DNA of 64,000 bases, taken from assembly GCA_963695545.1 (NCBI GenBank), contig OY968796.1, positions 1,504,001 to 1,568,000 on the forward strand. The letters run 5' to 3'. Shown piece by piece: positions 59,618 to 64,000 of this stretch. This DNA comes from Terriglobia bacterium. GTDB taxonomy: Bacteria; Acidobacteriota; Terriglobia; Acidiferrales; UBA7541. Made by a program: the position numbers and the translations under genes. The notes below the pieces were generated by a model, which was given only the letters and a program-made list of their open reading frames with translations, did no database searches and had not been told where the DNA came from. The number at the start of each line of letters is the position of its first letter. The stretch's first letter is position 1.

Positions 59618-59854
59618 AGGTTACTCCCTTTCAGTTTGCGCAATCGATTGCCCGGCAGCATGCGCTACGGGTATACGTTTACCTGAGCACGCGAGTCAAT
59701 ACCTTCCTGCAGGCAGGTGGGTGTAGCATCACAAAGCTTGAGGCCAATGGTATCGTCATCGATCCTGAGCGCGAGTCCGCGGTCGTAGGCGCGCCGCATT
59801 ACCGTGGCCTGTGCCGAATTCACGGTCTTCGTATCGAATGAGAAGGAATCACGA

Positions 59855-62221
59855 ATGACTTTGCGCGCATTCGCATGCCTATTGATCCTAACCGCTGCAA
59901 TTGCCGGCACTCCCCTGCGGGCCACGCCGGTCACAGCCGTAAGCAAACAAGCCGATGGCGTATCACTCACGATGCAGCCAGGTTTGCTGCGGTTACAGGT
60001 GATGTCCGACGCCGTAATCCGCGTAACCTATGCCGCGGGTAATCAGCTTCCACAACTCCAGAGTTATTCGGTCGTCGCAAAGCCCGACCCCGGCACGAAG
60101 TGGGATATGCGTGAAACGCCCGACGCTGTCATCGTCGAGACTCAATTCATAAAGGCGCGAGTGGATCGGAAGACCGGCGCTGTCGAGTTCCTGGATCGCA
60201 TGAATCATCCCATCCTCACCGAGAGCGCCGCCGGCAGAGACATTTCGCCCGCAATCGAAGCCGGCGTTGCGGGCACGCTCGTCCGCCAGTCATTTGTGCT
60301 CTCGCCCGATGAGGCCATCTATGGATTGGGTCAGCACCAACAGGGAATCTGGAACTACCGCGGCCACGCAGTTCGCCTCTTGCAGGAAAATCGAGAGGTC
60401 GGAGTTCCCGTAATCCTTTCCAGCAAAGGGTATAGCCTGCTCTGGGATAATCCGGCAGTTACGGACATCGATGTCGGCGTCCCAGCGCAGCCTGACGTCA
60501 TCCGCTGGACATCCGAAGTGGGCGACGCCATCGATTACTACTTCATCTTCGGTCCCACGCCGGAAGCCTCGATCCGTCACTACCGCGCACTCACGGGCGA
60601 AGCTCCGTTGATGCCCGAATGGCTTTTTGGTTTTTGGCAAAGTAAGGAACGCTATCGCACCCAAGACGAAGTTCTCGGCGTGGCGCGCCAATATCGCCAG
60701 CTCAACGTGCCGATCGACGGAATCATTCAGGATTGGCGCTATTGGCCCGACAACACCTGGGGGTCTCATCAGTTTGACCCCGCCCGTTATCCCGATCCAG
60801 CCGCGATGACCGCACAACTCCACGACATGCACTACCACATTCTGATTTCGGTGTGGCCGAAGTTCGACCTCGGCACATCCAACTTTCGGCAGCTGGAACA
60901 AGCCGGTGCAATGTTTGACCCGGTAATTCCGTATGTCTTCCCGCCAGGCCAGGGCAAATGGTACGACCCTTTCTCTTCCGCAGGTCGCGAGATCTATTGG
61001 AAGCAGATATCTTCCGAAATCTTCTCGAAAGGTTTCGACGGCTGGTGGCTCGATGCGCCCGAGCCGGAACTCTCCGGAAAGTGGGGCGAGTTCCGCGCCT
61101 TCCGAACGTCTGCCGGCCCCGGTGCACGGGTCTTCAATGCTTACCCCTTGATGCACTCGACCGGCATCTATCAGGGGCAGCGCGCTCAGACCGGCCAGCA
61201 ACGCGTTGTAATCCTCACCCGGTCAGCCTACGCCGGCCAACAACGCAATTCAGCCATCACCTGGTCGGGAGACATCCGCGGCACCTGGCAGGTCTTACGA
61301 GATCAAATTCCCGCAGGACTCAACTTCTCGGTCAGCGGCATCCCTTACTGGAATACCGACATCGGCGGATTCTTCGTCGACGCGAATCCCTCGGATCCGA
61401 GCTACGCGGAAATCTTCGCGCGCTGGTTCGAGTTTGGTTCGTTTTGCCCGATGTTCCGTGTTCATGGCAGCGCTCCCGACGGCGGTACCGGCCCGGGTAA
61501 GGAATATTGGCGCTTCGATGATGCGACACAAGCGATCTGGCGAACCTACGACAATCTGCGCTATCGCCTCATGCCCTACACGTATTCAGTTGCGTGGCAG
61601 GTAACCAGCGCTGGCAGCACCATCATGCGCCCTTTGATCATGGACTTTGCCGGCGACAAAGAAGTCCTCAACATCGGCGACCAATATCTGTTTGGCCCGG
61701 CAATCATGGTCAACCCGGTTACCGCTCAAGGCGCAACCTCGCGGAGGGTCTACTTGCCCGGTAAACTGGCCTGGTACGATTTCTGGACTGGTAAGTCCGA
61801 AGGCCACGGCCGTCATATCGACGCAGCGGCGCCTTTGAAAACCATGCCACTGTACGTTCGCGCAGGTTCAATCATTCCCATGGGCCCATTGCTTCAATAC
61901 GTCGGCGAGAAGCCTGCCAACCCAATCGAGCTTCGTATTTATCGCGGCGCGAACGGCTCGTTCAATTTATACGAAGATGAGGGTGACACATACCATTACG
62001 AGAAAGGCATTTACGCGACAATCCTGTTCACCTGGAACGAAGCAAGTCACACGCTGACCATCGGCGCGCGAAAAGGAAGTTTCCCAGGTATGCTGCAGCA
62101 GCGGACCTTCAACGTCGTCTTTGTGACTGCCAATCGCGGCGTCGGCGTAGACGTCACGACGAATCCCGACCGAACGATCACATATTCCGGCCGGTCGCTT
62201 TCCATTCGCGTCCCGAAATGA
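59855..62221 (+). CDS. GH31 glycosidase, probably alpha-xylosidase, exported
   Basis: YGLGQHQ, GFWQSKERY, WWLDAPEPE (nucleophile), TRSAYAGQQR, WSGDI (acid/base), DIGGF, F.LYEDEG. Confidence 0.9.
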   Translation: MTLRAFACLLILTAAIAGTPLRATPVTAVSKQADGVSLTMQPGLLRLQVMSDAVIRVTYAAGNQLPQLQSYSVVAKPDPGTKWDMRETPDAVIVETQFIKARVDRKTGAVEFLDRMNHPILTESAAGRDISPAIEAGVAGTLVRQSFVLSPDEAIYGLGQHQQGIWNYRGHAVRLLQENREVGVPVILSSKGYSLLWDNPAVTDIDVGVPAQPDVIRWTSEVGDAIDYYFIFGPTPEASIRHYRALTGEAPLMPEWLFGFWQSKERYRTQDEVLGVARQYRQLNVPIDGIIQDWRYWPDNTWGSHQFDPARYPDPAAMTAQLHDMHYHILISVWPKFDLGTSNFRQLEQAGAMFDPVIPYVFPPGQGKWYDPFSSAGREIYWKQISSEIFSKGFDGWWLDAPEPELSGKWGEFRAFRTSAGPGARVFNAYPLMHSTGIYQGQRAQTGQQRVVILTRSAYAGQQRNSAITWSGDIRGTWQVLRDQIPAGLNFSVSGIPYWNTDIGGFFVDANPSDPSYAEIFARWFEFGSFCPMFRVHGSAPDGGTGPGKEYWRFDDATQAIWRTYDNLRYRLMPYTYSVAWQVTSAGSTIMRPLIMDFAGDKEVLNIGDQYLFGPAIMVNPVTAQGATSRRVYLPGKLAWYDFWTGKSEGHGRHIDAAAPLKTMPLYVRAGSIIPMGPLLQYVGEKPANPIELRIYRGANGSFNLYEDEGDTYHYEKGIYATILFTWNEASHTLTIGARKGSFPGMLQQRTFNVVFVTANRGVGVDVTTNPDRTITYSGRSLSIRVPK

Positions 62222-62278
62222 CGTCCGCGGCCCCCCAATCCTGAAAAAGAAGATTGCTGTTCACAAAGGAGATTCCGC

Positions 62279-63358
62279 GTGCGTTACAGAAAACTAGCGA
62301 TACTGGCGATTCCCGCCGCCCTCGCGATGCTCGCCGTGTCTCTCGAAACTTTCGGCCAGCGCGCGCCCAAATCCAAGCCGTCCCCGCTGATGGCTCAACT
62401 CGCCCGCTTCACCGCCTCCGACGTTCCGGCCCTCGGCCCCGCCGAAATCGCCGTCGCCCCCCGCTCGTGGGATCAACCCATCCCGCCCGGCTTGCCCGGC
62501 AACGGCGCGGCGCAGCACCCCATGCTTTACGTCGGCGAAGGCTACAACAAAATTTTCCTCGTCAACGGCGGCAAAATCATTTGGACCTATTCCGCCGGCA
62601 CAGGCAATGAATACGACGACGTCTGGATGCTCTCGAACGGCAACATTCTCTTCACCCGCATGCAATACGTCGCCGAGGTCACGCCCGCGAAGCAAGTCGT
62701 CTGGCGTTATGACGCTCCCGCCGGCACCGAAATCCACACCTGCCAGCCCATCGGCCTGAACAAAGTTCTCTTTGTCCTCAATGGCCTCCCGCCCAAACTT
62801 TTGGTCGTCAATATCAAAACCAACAAAATCGAAGTTCAACACGATCTTCCCGCTCCCAGCGCGACCGATACAAAAACCATCCACGCACAGTTCCGCCGCG
62901 TGCGATATACCGCGCAGGGCACCTACCTCTGTTCTTTTCTCGAGATGAACCAGGTCGTCGAATACGATAAGCATTTCAAGGAAATCTGGAAATACGAAAT
63001 CAAAAGCCCCTGGGCCGCCCTGCGCCTCAAAAATGGCGACACCCTGATCACCGACGAGCACGATATTCTCACGCGCGAAGTAAATCCCCAGAAAGAAACC
63101 GTCTGGGAACTCCGCCCCACCGATCTCCCCGAGCCCTTCCGCTACATCAACACGCAAAGCGCCACGCGCCTCGCGAATGGCAACACCATCATCTGCTCCC
63201 GCGGCGGCGACGGAAAAGGCCCCCAGCTCGTCGAAGTCACTCCCGACAAAAAAGTCGCCTGGGTCCTCTGGGACTGGTCCGACTTCGGCCCCGCCACCGC
63301 CGTCCAAATCCTCGATGACCCCGCCATCCCCGAAAAACCCGGCCAATCCCAACACTGA
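62279..63358 (+). CDS. Exported beta-propeller-type protein (arylsulfotransferase/PQQ-like repeats)
   Basis: Signal peptide; repeated L.NGN.L...V.EV.P.K.VVW units. Confidence 0.6.
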   Translation: MRYRKLAILAIPAALAMLAVSLETFGQRAPKSKPSPLMAQLARFTASDVPALGPAEIAVAPRSWDQPIPPGLPGNGAAQHPMLYVGEGYNKIFLVNGGKIIWTYSAGTGNEYDDVWMLSNGNILFTRMQYVAEVTPAKQVVWRYDAPAGTEIHTCQPIGLNKVLFVLNGLPPKLLVVNIKTNKIEVQHDLPAPSATDTKTIHAQFRRVRYTAQGTYLCSFLEMNQVVEYDKHFKEIWKYEIKSPWAALRLKNGDTLITDEHDILTREVNPQKETVWELRPTDLPEPFRYINTQSATRLANGNTIICSRGGDGKGPQLVEVTPDKKVAWVLWDWSDFGPATAVQILDDPAIPEKPGQSQH

Positions 63359-63684
63359 CGTGCTGCCGCCATCGCTCATCGCACTCCACGTAAAGTCTCC
63401 CAGGCTTTCAAAACCCCGCTAAACGCGGAGCCTCCCTCGCTTCACTTGCAGCTGCATTACAAGTTGACATTCCGCACTTGATCGACAAAGATTCCCCAAA
63501 GGTGTTGGAGTTCACCGTAACCGCCCTACTGGGCAGATAACTCCTACGAGGGTTTTTTCGTGGTGAGGGGTTTTCTGCTTTTGCGCTCGCTCGCTTCTCC
63601 ATTTTTCTCTCAATTCCCCTTCTTCCGCCTCGTTCTCTGTCCGCGCGCGATTGCTGAAGATCCGCGTTCGCCGGCGAAAATTGC

Positions 63685-64000
63685 ATGAGTTCCGAACCGC
63701 GCAATCCCCCCGAACTAAATCTATCGCAGAAGCGCCGTCTGACGGTGACGTGTCAGCACATCGATAAGCAACTCACGGATGTCGAAGCCGTCTTGAACCA
63801 GAGCGCGTCGAAGGCCGCGTTCCCGAAGTATCGGTCCGAGATTCCCCTGGCCGAGCGAAGAACCATCGAAGGCTACATCGCCCGGATTCGCGCGCAGTTG
63901 CTCCGCGTGCTCGATGGTCAGCGCATTGAGAAGCCCGCGCCGGTCATCTCGCCGGTTCACGCCATCCACGTGAACTTAACCTTCATCGCCATCGCGGCCG
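63685..64000 (+). CDS. 5' part of a probable bacterial dynamin-like protein (runs off window)
   Basis: Not in the ORF track. Translates MSSEPRNPPELNLSQKRRLTVTCQHIDKQLTDVEAVLNQSASKAAFPKY...RRTIEGYIARIRAQLLRVLDGQ..., resembling N-terminal domains I recall on dynamin-family proteins. The GTPase motifs are outside the window. Confidence 0.5.
   Translation, partial: MSSEPRNPPELNLSQKRRLTVTCQHIDKQLTDVEAVLNQSASKAAFPKYRSEIPLAERRTIEGYIARIRAQLLRVLDGQRIEKPAPVISPVHAIHVNLTFIAIAA

Noticed and set aside
62294..63379. 361-aa minus-strand ORF
   Set aside because: Antisense mirror of the beta-propeller gene, caused by its extreme C-ending codon bias.
63408..63704. 98-aa minus-strand ORF in an AT-richer intergenic stretch
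   Set aside because: No motif or convincing start, and it overlaps the start of the next plus-strand gene.

Overview
GC-rich, gene-dense chromosomal window. Gene content and order (tgt-yajC-secD-secF-tonB-exbB-exbD-exbD-TPR, dnaG-rpoD, orphan mglA, compact BMC locus, PEP-CTERM/exosortase) suggest an Acidobacteriota genome; this is an inference from family recognition. Most of it is housekeeping or envelope genes: gltA, gdhA, yvcK, cdh, ruvA/ruvB, folK, rpoD, dnaG, mutS2, dacB, tgt, secDF, plus GH51 and GH31 glycosidases. I saw no rRNA, tRNA, CRISPR array or transposase. The most notable items are: (1) a minimal bacterial-microcompartment locus (class II aldolase + 1 BMC-H + 3 BMC-P) with no aldehyde-processing enzymes nearby; (2) an exosortase next to a tiny PEP-CTERM substrate that is split by one extra C in a C5 run; (3) a SecF carrying a ComEA/GspK-like helix-hairpin-helix insertion, upstream of a TonB/ExbB/2xExbD/TPR-lipoprotein motor with no receptor; (4) a methyltransferase translationally coupled between OppD- and OppF-like ATPases; (5) tandem NTTC-N7-NTTC LexA-like boxes over a radical-SAM gene promoter; (6) a cluster of several REP families around ruvAB, plus one REP nested in another; (7) many apparently leaderless genes; (8) an endonuclease V remnant and a second single-base frameshifted gene. 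All family calls come from motif recognition by eye; no database search was run.
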